This document shows, one piece after another, positions 18,198 through 28,010 of a DNA stretch of 44,282 nt. Under the pieces are notes generated by a model, which saw only the letters and a program-made list of their open reading frames with translations, ran no database searches and had not been told where the DNA came from. The first letter of the stretch is position 1, and the number at the start of each line of letters is the position of its first letter. Both the position numbers and the translations under genes were made by a program. This DNA is from Ruminococcus sp. (GTDB taxonomy: Bacteria > Bacillota > Clostridia > Oscillospirales > Ruminococcaceae): positions 1 through 44,282 of the forward strand of contig JAILFF010000030.1 in NCBI GenBank assembly GCA_024697705.1, written 5' to 3'.

Positions 18198-19541
18198 ATG
18201 GTAGAGCTTAAAATTGGCCAGGAGGTCGAGCTGGAATACGGCGGAAAGTGCAAGGTGCTGAAGCTCATAGGAAGCGGCGGTCAGGGTCACGTTTACCTCG
18301 TCGAATTCAACGGCACCAACTGGGCTCTTAAATGGTATGACATCGACAAGATGAGAAAGCCCAAGGAGTTCAGAAAGAATATCCAGAATAATATAAACGA
18401 CGGTCCTCCCTCGAACAAGTTCCTGTGGCCGAAATACCTTACCAAAGATATGCCCGACGGAACCTTCGGCTACCTCATGGAGCTTAAGCCCGATAACTTC
18501 GATTCGTTCGTAGATATACTCAATACCTACAAGCTCGTTATCGACCCGCAGACAGGTCACGCCGTAAAGCGTCCCGTGCGGTTCAGCAGCCTTTTCGCTA
18601 TGGTAACGGCTGTAATAAACATCGTAAACGCATTCAGACAGCTCCACCGCTCGGGAAAGAGCTATCAGGACCTTAACGACGGCGGCTTCTTTATAAACGT
18701 TGACACGGGCGCCGTGCTCGTCTGCGACTGTGATAACATCGCACCCGACGGCTCGAACTTCGGTATCGGCGGAAAGCCCGGATATATGGCTCCCGAGGTA
18801 GTAAGAGGTATCGCCAAGCCAAACGTTCAGACCGATAAATATTCGCTGGCGGTCGTACTCTTCAAGCTGCTCTTCAGGGGCGACCCGATGGAGGGCGAGA
18901 AGGTCGTAAAGGACGTATGCCTGACAGAGGCTTCCGAGCTTCGTCACTACGGCTCGAACGCGATATTCGTTTACGACCCCGACAACGATACCAACCGTCC
19001 GATAAGAGGCATCCACGACAACGTTATCAAGTTCTGGAGGCTTTACCCCGATTATATCAAGGAAGCGTTTATCCAGTCCTTTACCGCGGGTATCTCCGAG
19101 CCCAACAAGCGTATAATCGAAAACGAGTGGCAGAAATTGTTTATCAGGCTCCGCAGCGAGATAATCACCTGCGGCTGCGGCAGAACGAACTTCACCTCGA
19201 TGTTTGAAAAGCCCACCGATAATACTTATAAATGCCCGAAATGCGGTATGGAATTTGTGACTTTGGGCTTCTCCAACCGTGATTTCCGTATGCCGCTCTA
19301 TATCGGCTGCCGTTTCTTTGAATGTGAGATCGACCCCGATTCCGACGACTTCCTGCACGTAGCGGGCGAGCTCGTCGAGAATAAGCTCAAGCCCGGCGTG
19401 CTCGGCATCAAGAACTGTTCCGAAAAAACCTGGAAGGCGAAAATGCCCGACGGTCAGTTCTATGATATAGCTCCCGGAAAGGGTTTCCCTGTGTGGAAGG
19501 GTCTTGAGATCGACTTCGGCGCGGTCAAAGCAAAGATATAA
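18198..19541 (+). CDS. Ser/Thr protein kinase (TerY-P triad type) with C-terminal zinc ribbon
   Basis: GSGGQGHV, ALKWY, YQDLNDG, DCDN, GKPGYMAPE and TDKYSLAV subdomains; CGC..CPKC. Confidence 0.88.
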   Translation: MVELKIGQEVELEYGGKCKVLKLIGSGGQGHVYLVEFNGTNWALKWYDIDKMRKPKEFRKNIQNNINDGPPSNKFLWPKYLTKDMPDGTFGYLMELKPDNFDSFVDILNTYKLVIDPQTGHAVKRPVRFSSLFAMVTAVINIVNAFRQLHRSGKSYQDLNDGGFFINVDTGAVLVCDCDNIAPDGSNFGIGGKPGYMAPEVVRGIAKPNVQTDKYSLAVVLFKLLFRGDPMEGEKVVKDVCLTEASELRHYGSNAIFVYDPDNDTNRPIRGIHDNVIKFWRLYPDYIKEAFIQSFTAGISEPNKRIIENEWQKLFIRLRSEIITCGCGRTNFTSMFEKPTDNTYKCPKCGMEFVTLGFSNRDFRMPLYIGCRFFECEIDPDSDDFLHVAGELVENKLKPGVLGIKNCSEKTWKAKMPDGQFYDIAPGKGFPVWKGLEIDFGAVKAKI

Positions 19542-19607
19542 CAGAGTTTGCGGCTTGAATACTATTATGACTGTAAATTAGCCTATACGAAAGGGAGTTT
19601 GTGTTTT

Positions 19608-20405
19608 ATGAGCAAAGATAATACCAAGGGTTACAGCGGGCTGCTTGACTTTGATGATGACGACCCGCTCAATGCCACCGCAGTTTCTAAAAAGAGCCTG
19701 GTAATTTTCTTCCTGATAGATACCTCGGGAAGTATGAAGGGCAAGAAGATGGGTGAGCTCAATACCGTTATGGAAGAGCTTATCCCCGAGATAAGAAGAG
19801 TCGGCGAGGCTGATACCGACGTTAAGATCGCGGTACTTACGTTCTCTACCGACGTAAGATGGATGTATTCGCAGCCGATATCCATCGAGGAATTTGAATG
19901 GGCAAGGCTCCGCGCCGACGGCGTTACAAGCATGGGCGAGGCTTTCAAGGAGCTTTCCATAAGAATGTCGAGAGGTCAGTTCCTTAACTCACCTTCGCTT
20001 TCCTTCGCGCCCGTTATATTCCTTATGACAGACGGCTACCCCTCCGACGACTACAAGGCGGGTCTTAAGCTGCTCAAGGCGAACAGCTGGTACAAGTTCG
20101 GTCTGAAAGCCGCGCTCGGCATCGGTAATGAGGCTAACGACGATATGCTCGCTGAATTTACCGGTTCCAAGGAGACCGTTGTTCACGCTTACTCGGGCGG
20201 ACAGCTCGCTCAGATGATAAAGATCGTAGCCGTAACCGCTTCGCAGATAGGCTCCAAGTCCATGACTCTTTCCGATGAAAACGATAAGGAGCTTCAGGAC
20301 GAGGACGTATTCGCTGCCAAGCAGACCCTGCTCGGTCAGCAGATCCAGGAGCTCGTCGGAAATCAGAACGACGGAGACACAGTGCCTTTCGATACCGGTT
20401 GGTAA
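19608..20405 (+). CDS. TerY-like von Willebrand factor A domain protein
   Basis: MIDAS DTSGSM, GVTSMG and APVIFLMTDGYPSD; GGGAG RBS before ATG 19608. Confidence 0.88.
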   Translation: MSKDNTKGYSGLLDFDDDDPLNATAVSKKSLVIFFLIDTSGSMKGKKMGELNTVMEELIPEIRRVGEADTDVKIAVLTFSTDVRWMYSQPISIEEFEWARLRADGVTSMGEAFKELSIRMSRGQFLNSPSLSFAPVIFLMTDGYPSDDYKAGLKLLKANSWYKFGLKAALGIGNEANDDMLAEFTGSKETVVHAYSGGQLAQMIKIVAVTASQIGSKSMTLSDENDKELQDEDVFAAKQTLLGQQIQELVGNQNDGDTVPFDTGW

Positions 20406-20453
20406 TTCGTATTTGAGACACTACTGACCTATCGAAAGGAGAAGCTGATACTG

Positions 20454-21410
20454 ATGTTTAATGGTTTTAGCCACTCGGTAATGGGTGCGAGCCATGAGGC
20501 CAAGAATATCGTGTGCCAGGACAGCTCGGCACACAAGGTCCACGACAAGTACGCCATCTGCGTGGTTGCCGACGGACACGGAAGCAAGAAACACTTCCGC
20601 AGCAACATCGGCTCCCGCTGCGCCGTCGAGGCAACCGTGGAGACGATCGAAAAATTTTACGAGAATGTGGACGAGATCGAAGCTAACCTTCCGACAAATT
20701 CCAAGCTCATAATCAGAAATATCGAAAAGCAGATAATCGCCAACTGGAACGTGAGGATCATGGAACATCTGGTCAATAATCCCGTTACGGAACAGGAAAT
20801 GGCGCCTTTTACTACGATGGAGTTCGAGGCTATCCCGCCCGAATCCTATTACGGTACTACGCTTATAGCGGCTGTTATCGGCAGGAATTACACCTTCGGT
20901 CTTCAGATAGGCGACGGCAGCCTTGTGGCAGTTTTCGACGACGCATGGACTATCATGCCGATGGACTACGAAGAGTCGAATCCCGCGAATATTACCGCTT
21001 CTATGTGCAATTCAAACGCAGCTTCGATGTTCGACAGCTTTTATAAGAGAGACAAGGTGCCGCTGGCGCTCTTTGCATCGACCGACGGTCTTTACACATC
21101 GTTCGGCAGTGATAACGATTTCCTTGATTATCACACGATCCTGTGCAGCCAGCTGGGCGATCTGACAAACTTTGAGCCTTCGATAATCAAAAATTTACAG
21201 AAGAGATCTCATTTCGGTACCGAGGACGATATCTCGCTTTCGTGCGTATTCAACAACGATCTGCTTGCCGCAAAGCAGCACGTCGTTGACGCTAAGGTAA
21301 TGGAAAACCGCGAACGAGCCAAAACAAGAAAAAATGAGCTCATGCGCGATATGCATAAACAGAGAAATGAAGTAGTAAAAAGACGCGCCGAGGAGCTTCA
21401 CAAGCGCTAA
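20454..21410 (+). CDS. PP2C-family protein phosphatase
   Basis: GASH..CQD, VADGHG, GTT, IGDG, STDG and DDIS metal-binding motifs. Confidence 0.9.
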   Translation: MFNGFSHSVMGASHEAKNIVCQDSSAHKVHDKYAICVVADGHGSKKHFRSNIGSRCAVEATVETIEKFYENVDEIEANLPTNSKLIIRNIEKQIIANWNVRIMEHLVNNPVTEQEMAPFTTMEFEAIPPESYYGTTLIAAVIGRNYTFGLQIGDGSLVAVFDDAWTIMPMDYEESNPANITASMCNSNAASMFDSFYKRDKVPLALFASTDGLYTSFGSDNDFLDYHTILCSQLGDLTNFEPSIIKNLQKRSHFGTEDDISLSCVFNNDLLAAKQHVVDAKVMENRERAKTRKNELMRDMHKQRNEVVKRRAEELHKR

Positions 21411-21458
21411 AGGTGTGTTTTTATAAAATTATTTTTTATTTGAATGGGGAGTTTTTAA

Positions 21459-22397
21459 ATGGGGAAGAAAAACAGGAAAGATAATATTCCGGTACTGATT
21501 GTATGCGTACTTGTCTTTATTGGGTGCGTTGTGTTCAACGCCGTTGCTACAAGAAGAAGCGCACAGGGCGGTGGCGGAATTGCAGGACTTTCCGGAGTAA
21601 TCGGGCAGATAGAGGTCGTTGCCTCACTGCTTATGGTGCTTTTTGCCTTTAAGAAGGGCTTCATCACGGCGATTTTGCTTAACGGCTCCAACGCGATGTT
21701 CGTGCTGTTTAAAGAGGTCATCGGATCCGGACACACCAGCGCGCTTCCGGGCGTTGCGGTATCGCTCATCTCTATCGTTACGGTCTCGATAATCTATCAC
21801 TATGTAAGCAAGACCAGAAAGATCAACGACGAGCTTACCGACAGCTACGAAAAGGCGGTCGAGCAGGCTAATATGCTTAAGGAGAAGGATCAGACGCTTC
21901 AGTTTCTCGCTTACTACGATACGCTGACCGGAATGCCCAACAGAGCACTGTTTATAGATAAACTCAATGAAAGACTTAAAGAGTCAAGAAATTCGACTAT
22001 ACTTTACATAGACCTCGATAATTTCAGACATATAAACGATACCTTCGGACATAACCTCGGAGACGATCTGCTGAAGATCTATGCGGAGAGACTCAATAAG
22101 CTCTGCGGAAATGATATTTTCGCGGCTAAGATCGGCGGCGATGAGTTCGGACTGATCCTGGGCGAGGATTACGCGCTGCCTGAAATGGTGAACAGCTTTG
22201 CCGGTCAGGTCGCAAGAGAGTTCTCCGAGCCGATCAACATCAGAGGAGATGTCTTTTCCATAACAGCCAGTTTTGGCGCTTCAAATTTCCCGAATGATAC
22301 CCGCAGCGCGGAGGATCTGTTCCGGTGTGCCGAGACTGCGATGTTTACCGCAAAGGCTAACGGCAAGAATCAGCTTTGCTTCTACATGAGAAGATAA
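21459..22397 (+). CDS. Membrane-bound diguanylate cyclase (GGDEF)
   Basis: About 4 N-terminal TM helices; YYDTLTGMPNR, DLDNFRHINDTFGH and intact GGDEF. Confidence 0.88.
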   Translation: MGKKNRKDNIPVLIVCVLVFIGCVVFNAVATRRSAQGGGGIAGLSGVIGQIEVVASLLMVLFAFKKGFITAILLNGSNAMFVLFKEVIGSGHTSALPGVAVSLISIVTVSIIYHYVSKTRKINDELTDSYEKAVEQANMLKEKDQTLQFLAYYDTLTGMPNRALFIDKLNERLKESRNSTILYIDLDNFRHINDTFGHNLGDDLLKIYAERLNKLCGNDIFAAKIGGDEFGLILGEDYALPEMVNSFAGQVAREFSEPINIRGDVFSITASFGASNFPNDTRSAEDLFRCAETAMFTAKANGKNQLCFYMRR

Positions 22398-22466
22398 TAC
22401 GGGCTGTGAATTGCTTATTGCAGCAACGCTGCATCAATAAAATTTCAAAATCTCACGAAAGGAAAA

Positions 22467-23759
22467 TTGGTGTATAATATGGAAATTGGCGCATTTTACA
22501 ATACTGCAATATCCTTCGCGGATAAAGTAAAGCAGGAAAAACCAAATTTTGCCGAGGGCACCGATGCCTCTGTTTCCCTTATCATGACAGACAAGCAGGA
22601 AATATTCTCCGGTGTGTCGAGCGTCAAGTTCGTTGAGGGAGCCGTGGCTCCTCTTCATTCCGAGGAAGCTGCCGTAGCCGCTATGCTTACAGCGGGCGAG
22701 ACCGTAGCTAAGCAGATGATAACTGTGGATTTCGCGGAACACAATGTACTTAAGCCCTGCGGCGAGTGCATTGATAAGCTTATCAAAATGAACGAAGCGA
22801 ATTCCGACTGCGATGTCGCGCTTTCACCCGAGGAATCCGTAAAGGCTTTGGCGCTTAAGGCGATCAATTCTTCCGAAAATGATTTTATGTCGGGATTTGA
22901 AGATTCCGGCTCTTCGGAGCTCGGCGCTCCCGCGGAATTCGTTGCCGGCTTTGAAGTCGATGAGTCGAATCCTTTCGCTTTCGATGCGGACTCCTCCGCA
23001 GACGCCCCCGACGTAGTAGCCTTTGCAGGCTCGGGCACTACTCAGAAGCCGACGGCTCAGGCATACGGTGCTACTCCCGTGCAGTCCCAGCCGCTGCGCA
23101 CTCAGCAGCCGATGGGCGGTGGATTTGCTCCCAATCAGGGTTTTGGTATGCCTCAGCAGGGCTATCCTCAGCAGGGCTACCCGCAGCAGGGTTATCCTCA
23201 GCAGGGTTACCCGCAGCAGGGTTATCCTCAGCAGGGATTTCCGCAGCAGGGCTACCCGCAGCAGGGTTATCCGCAGCAGGGTTATCCTCAGCAGGGATTC
23301 CCGCAGCAGGGCTATCCTCAGCAGGGCTACCCGCAGCAGGGCGGCTATCCTCAGCAGGGCGGTTACCCGCAGCAGGGCGGCATGGGCATGAACAGCCAGT
23401 TTATGAACAACCCGCTCGCAGGCGCTCAGCCGTATCCGCAGAGACAGGGCGGCTCGGTTCATATCACAGGCGCAGGCTCTACCAGCCGTTACCAGGGTCA
23501 GGCACTTTCGCAGAGCCAGAGCTCGATACTTTCTCAGAATCTCGGCGGAAAGGCGGGCGCGTTCAGAAAGCGTTTCGACAGTATGTTCGATGAAGATGAA
23601 GATGATACCACTTCCGAGTCGGCAGAAGAAACATCGGCGGCAGCAGACGGCGAAGAAGAATCTGCCGAGGGTGCAGGCGGAATGAGCAAGAGTGATCTGC
23701 TCAAGATGCAGAAAGAAAGAAAGAAAGTTGCAAAGAACAACTCCAAGTTCAGAAGATGA
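22467..23759 (+). CDS. Cytidine-deaminase-fold protein with low-complexity (Y/F)PQQG repeat region
   Basis: HSEEAAV (HxE) and KPCGEC (PCxxC) zinc motifs in the first ~115 aa; acidic linker; 15 PQQG repeats; acidic then basic C-terminus; start uncertain (22467/22470/22479). Confidence 0.72.
   Translation: MVYNMEIGAFYNTAISFADKVKQEKPNFAEGTDASVSLIMTDKQEIFSGVSSVKFVEGAVAPLHSEEAAVAAMLTAGETVAKQMITVDFAEHNVLKPCGECIDKLIKMNEANSDCDVALSPEESVKALALKAINSSENDFMSGFEDSGSSELGAPAEFVAGFEVDESNPFAFDADSSADAPDVVAFAGSGTTQKPTAQAYGATPVQSQPLRTQQPMGGGFAPNQGFGMPQQGYPQQGYPQQGYPQQGYPQQGYPQQGFPQQGYPQQGYPQQGYPQQGFPQQGYPQQGYPQQGGYPQQGGYPQQGGMGMNSQFMNNPLAGAQPYPQRQGGSVHITGAGSTSRYQGQALSQSQSSILSQNLGGKAGAFRKRFDSMFDEDEDDTTSESAEETSAAADGEEESAEGAGGMSKSDLLKMQKERKKVAKNNSKFRR
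23151..23378 (+). repeat. Coding 15-bp tandem repeat, 15 copies of PQQG
   Basis: CC(T/G)CAGCAGGG(C/T/A)T(A/T)(T/C) units with third-position variation; last two units have an extra Gly codon. Confidence 0.95.
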
Positions 23760-23781
23760 TACTTTGCTTATAAAACAAGTT

Positions 23782-23815
23782 ATCCCTCACCGAGCGATCG
23801 GTGAGGGATTTTTTG
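23782..23815 (+). terminator. Rho-independent terminator
   Basis: ATCCCTCACCGA-loop-TCGGTGAGGGAT followed by TTTTT. Confidence 0.85.
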
Positions 23816-23883
23816 CAAATAATAAGTTTACAAAAAAAGGATAAAGCCGCCCATTTCTGCACGGCTTTATATAGAAAAATATG

Positions 23884-24411
23884 TTATTTGAATTCAATGC
23901 CCCAGTTGGAACTTACCTTTCGGTATAGTTTTAGCTTGACGCTTGATTTCTGCTGACGATACATATAGATAACTCCGATAATGGCAGCTACCGAAAGAAC
24001 ACCGCCGACGATCAACGCCAATGAAGTCTTGTCAAGAATGTTCTTGAAAATGATTATCGAAAGTACCCATACGATAACGAGCGCAACGGCAATGATCGGC
24101 AGACAGAAAGAAGTAAAGCTTCTGTTCATTACCTTGATATAGTGCAGAATTTCCTTATTGCTGAAATTCTCGTAATAACGCGCAATAAAAGTATCGGGAG
24201 CCGCCCATTTGCAGAAATCCTTCAGTGTTTCAAACTGTATATTATAATCCTGCCCGGTATCGGTAACGCGATACTTGACATTAATACCCGAAGTGTCATC
24301 CGAGCCCATTATGTGAACCATCGTACCGGCTCTCGCCTGATTACTAATGTTTTTGCACACGAGAAACTTTCTGTCAACAGCTTCGTCGATATTGTTGAGC
24401 AAATACGTCAT
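23884..24411 (-). CDS. Hypothetical membrane protein (2 C-terminal TM helices)
   Basis: ORF with GGAAGG RBS before ATG 24411 and own promoter TTGCAT-17-TATAAT at about 24507-24535. Confidence 0.7.
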   Translation of the reverse strand: MTYLLNNIDEAVDRKFLVCKNISNQARAGTMVHIMGSDDTSGINVKYRVTDTGQDYNIQFETLKDFCKWAAPDTFIARYYENFSNKEILHYIKVMNRSFTSFCLPIIAVALVIVWVLSIIIFKNILDKTSLALIVGGVLSVAAIIGVIYMYRQQKSSVKLKLYRKVSSNWGIEFK

Positions 24412-24728
24412 ATAGATCTTCCTTCCCTGATGTATGAATATGAAATATTGAGCAAAGCTCCCGCTTCCTGAAAGCGGCGTCTTTAATCGCAATATACTTA
24501 TTATATATTATACCACGTTTCTTTTAAAAATGCAAGGAGAATTTGAGATTTTTTATAATCAAAGCCGTAAAGAACGTGTAAAAAAATGAAGCCGAAGCCG
24601 AATGCTAATTATGCATATTGCACAAAAATACATAATTCAATTAAACCGATACCAAAAATAATATCAGTCACGGCGGAAAAATGCAGTTTCGCGAGCCGAT
24701 CGCCGCGGCGCAAATTCCTCCTATTTAT

Positions 24729-24757
24729 ATTATATACTAACAAATGCGATTTGTCAA
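24729..24757 (-). promoter_or_regulatory. Consensus promoter with no large gene directly downstream
   Basis: TTGACA-17-TATAAT on the minus strand. Confidence 0.65.
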
Positions 24758-24939
24758 GCCTATTTTTCAACATTTAGCATAAAAAAGATTTTGAGTGAAT
24801 ATAACGGTGCCTTAATGACTATTTATCAATAATCTTTTAAAAAATCCCGCGGTATCTTGACAAATTGCAGTTAAAATGCTAAAATAAAAATATAGCGGCT
24901 TTGAACCGACAGCCGCGTGGGGAAACGGAGTGAGAAAGT

Positions 24940-25563
24940 GTGAGTTCGGGCAGCGTGGTAAATACGGTTTCCGGCAGTGCGGCAAATGCGCCGGCTGAAA
25001 AGGTAAAGAGGAAATATGCCGTTTACAAGTCCAAGACGGGCTTTTATTGTTATGAATATCACGATACGCTCGAATCGCTTGAGGGTACGATGTTCGCGCA
25101 GATCATTACCGAGGAGCAGCTGCCTGTCGTGCTTGACGGCAAGGGCGGCTATTACCGTTTTTCCGACGGCGACTATAATTTCGTGGAGGTCATCGAGACC
25201 GACAATGAAGACCCTCTGCCGCTCGAAAAGATGTTTTTCAAAAACGACGAAGGCTTCAAGCTCGGGTGGATGTCCCCCGACGGTGATACATATTCCTGCG
25301 ATTTTACGGGACACACAAAAGCCGCGATCATGATATGCAAGAAGTATTTCCCGCACGCGAGGCTTCCCGAAAGGACGCTCGGCAAGGCGGGCTGGCTTAA
25401 GATAATAGACTCGTGGGACGGCACCGAAAGGCAGCACGGGCAGTTCGTCTACTCGCTGACGGGCAGGCTTACCAACCGTCAGGCTGACAGGCTGTTCGAT
25501 CTCGGGCTGTACAATAACCCCGAGGTAAAGGAAATGCTCGGTGGGAGCGAGAACGACTGGTAA
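24940..25563 (+). CDS. Hypothetical protein
   Basis: ORF with genome-typical codon usage; promoter TTGACA-17-TAAAAT at 24857-24885; GWMSPDG motif of unknown function. Confidence 0.7.
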   Translation: MSSGSVVNTVSGSAANAPAEKVKRKYAVYKSKTGFYCYEYHDTLESLEGTMFAQIITEEQLPVVLDGKGGYYRFSDGDYNFVEVIETDNEDPLPLEKMFFKNDEGFKLGWMSPDGDTYSCDFTGHTKAAIMICKKYFPHARLPERTLGKAGWLKIIDSWDGTERQHGQFVYSLTGRLTNRQADRLFDLGLYNNPEVKEMLGGSENDW

Positions 25564-25589
25564 GAGTGACGTATCAAGGAGGCTGTGCT

Positions 25590-25754
25590 ATGAAATGCCC
25601 GAATTGCAGCGCGGAAATGATAAAGGACTATGAAATAAAAGTCCACGGCGCTTCATTGCTCGCTTATATTTCGCTGAAAAAAGATAAGGACGAGAAGCAG
25701 ATCAAAGCCGCGGTCTGCCCCAAGTGCGGCAAGATCGAGTTCTATACCGCGTGA
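25590..25754 (+). CDS. Small zinc-ribbon protein
   Basis: MKCPNC...CPKCGKIEFY; AAGGAGG RBS; terminator-like hairpin at 25786-25826. Confidence 0.75.
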   Translation: MKCPNCSAEMIKDYEIKVHGASLLAYISLKKDKDEKQIKAAVCPKCGKIEFYTA

Positions 25755-25996
25755 TTAATTTTGATTTTCGGTAAAAATATTGTTCTCCCCCGCACCGCAG
25801 GCAAAGTCGGTGCGGGGAATTTGTTTGACCGAAAAAGTCTTGAATAAGCGGCTGTTTTATACAGATGTACAGAAAAATGAAAGATTACCCGCGTAAAAAT
25901 CAATAAATTTCGATATTTACAAAGCCCGCGGCGTTGTGGTATAATATTATTTGAATTTTGATTTTCGACGATTACGGAAGGAATGTGTGAGATCTG

Positions 25997-28000
25997 ATGG
26001 CAATGGCAAATAAGAAAAACGACTACGGCAACGACTCGATCGAGGTGCTTGAGGGCGCCGACAGAGTAAGAAAACGTCCCGCTGTTATTTTCGGCTCCGA
26101 CGGTCTGGAGGGCTGCAAACATTCGGTCTTTGAGATACTTTCAAATTCCATCGACGAAGCCCGCGACGGCAACGGCAACAAGATCATTCTGACCAAGTTT
26201 TCCGACGGCAGCTTTCAGGTCGAGGACTTCGGGCGCGGCTGCCCCGTTGATTTTAACCCCGTTCAGCAGCGCTACAACTGGGAGCTTGTTTACTGCGAGC
26301 TCTACGCGGGCGGCAAATATCACAACAACGACGGCGCGGGCTACGAATTTTCGCTCGGATTGAACGGTCTCGGCGCGTGCGCCACGCAGTACGCCAGCGA
26401 ATATATGGACGTTACCGTTTACCGCGACGGCTGCGAATACTCCCTGCATTTTGAAAAGGGCGAGAACGTCGGCGGTCTTAAAAAGAAGGAATTCAAGGGC
26501 AAGCGCACTGGAACCATTCAGCGCTGGAAGCCCGACCTCGAAGTGTTCACCGAGATCGACATCGAGCCCGAATACTTCGTCGATATGCTGAAAAAGCAGG
26601 CGGTCGTAAACCCGAACGTTGAATTTATCCTGCGCGAGGAGAAGCCCGACGGCAGCTTTGACGAGCAGAGCTTTATCTACGAAAACGGCATTTCGGACTA
26701 CGTGGCGGAGATCGTCGGCGAGAACGCGCTGACCTCGGTGCAGTACGTCACGGGCGACGGCGTGGGTCGCGACCGCGCCGATATGGACGACTACCGCGTG
26801 AAGCTCGGCGTGGCGTTTACCTTCTCGAACAAGGTGAAGCTCACCGAGTATTTCCACAATTCGAGCTTTCTGGAGCACGGCGGCTCTCCCGAGGACGCGG
26901 TAAAGCTTGCCTTCACTTACATGATAAACAAGTGGATAAAGGATAACAATAAATATACAAAGAACGAAAAGCCGATAAGCTACTCCGATGTGGAGGAATG
27001 TCTTGTGCTTGTTTCGTCAAGCTTTTCGACAGTCACGAGCTACGCCAATCAGACCAAAAAGGCTATCTCGAACAAGTTCATCAAGGACTACATGAACGAG
27101 TTCCTGCGCCATCAGCTGGAGGTCTACTTCATCGAAAAGCCCGACGAGGCGCAGAAGATCTGCGAGCAGGTGCTTATCAACAAGCGCTCCCGCGAAAAGG
27201 CGGAGGAAACGCGCCTTAACATCTCGAAGCAGCTGACGCAGAAGATAGACCTCGCAAATCAGGTGGCGAAGTTCAACGACTGCCGCTCGAAGGACGTATC
27301 AAAGCGCGAGCTTTACATCGTGGAGGGTGATTCGGCGTTGGGATCGGTAAAAATGGCGCGTGACGCGGAATTTCAGGCGGTAATACCTATTCGCGGAAAG
27401 ATACTCAACTGCCTGAAAGCCGACTACGCCCGCATTTTCAAGAGCGAGATAATCACCGATCTGATAAAAGTTCTCGGCTGCGGTGTTGAGGTGCAGACCA
27501 AGTCGAACAAGGAGCTTTCGACCTTCAATTTAAACGGTCTGCGCTGGAACAAGATAATAATCTGTACCGATGCCGATTACGACGGCTTCCAGATAAGAAC
27601 TCTTGTTCTGACGATGATCTACCGCCTTGCGCCCACGCTTATCAACATGGGCTACGTCTACATCGCGGAGTCGCCGCTGTTCGAGATCACCGTTACCGAA
27701 AAGGGAAAGGAAAAGACCTACTTCGCCTACGACGAGAGCGAAAAGGCTGACATTTTAAAGAAGATCGGCGACAAGAAATATACCTTGCAGCGCTCGAAAG
27801 GACTTGGCGAGAACGAGCCCGAAATGATGAGCCTTACGACCATGAACCCGCAGACGCGCAGGCTTATCAAGGTAAATCCCACCGACGCCGACCGCACCGC
27901 AGAGATGTTCGATATGCTGCTCGGAGACAACTTGCAGGCGAGAAAAGACCACATCAACGAGTTCGGGCACGATTATCTCGAACTTGCCGACATTTCATAA
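25997..28000 (+). CDS. Type IIA DNA topoisomerase subunit B (GyrB/ParE family, probably Topo IV-like)
   Basis: RVRKRP, EILSNSIDE, DFGRG, GLNGLG (GHKL ATPase); EGDSA, PIRGKIL, DADYDG (TOPRIM); KGLGE. Confidence 0.92.
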   Translation: MAMANKKNDYGNDSIEVLEGADRVRKRPAVIFGSDGLEGCKHSVFEILSNSIDEARDGNGNKIILTKFSDGSFQVEDFGRGCPVDFNPVQQRYNWELVYCELYAGGKYHNNDGAGYEFSLGLNGLGACATQYASEYMDVTVYRDGCEYSLHFEKGENVGGLKKKEFKGKRTGTIQRWKPDLEVFTEIDIEPEYFVDMLKKQAVVNPNVEFILREEKPDGSFDEQSFIYENGISDYVAEIVGENALTSVQYVTGDGVGRDRADMDDYRVKLGVAFTFSNKVKLTEYFHNSSFLEHGGSPEDAVKLAFTYMINKWIKDNNKYTKNEKPISYSDVEECLVLVSSSFSTVTSYANQTKKAISNKFIKDYMNEFLRHQLEVYFIEKPDEAQKICEQVLINKRSREKAEETRLNISKQLTQKIDLANQVAKFNDCRSKDVSKRELYIVEGDSALGSVKMARDAEFQAVIPIRGKILNCLKADYARIFKSEIITDLIKVLGCGVEVQTKSNKELSTFNLNGLRWNKIIICTDADYDGFQIRTLVLTMIYRLAPTLINMGYVYIAESPLFEITVTEKGKEKTYFAYDESEKADILKKIGDKKYTLQRSKGLGENEPEMMSLTTMNPQTRRLIKVNPTDADRTAEMFDMLLGDNLQARKDHINEFGHDYLELADIS

Positions 28001-28010
28001 GGCTTAAATT

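Noticed and set aside
23151-23378. Possible CRISPR array
   Set aside because: 15-bp units without unique spacers, in frame within a CDS with synonymous variation; no cas genes.
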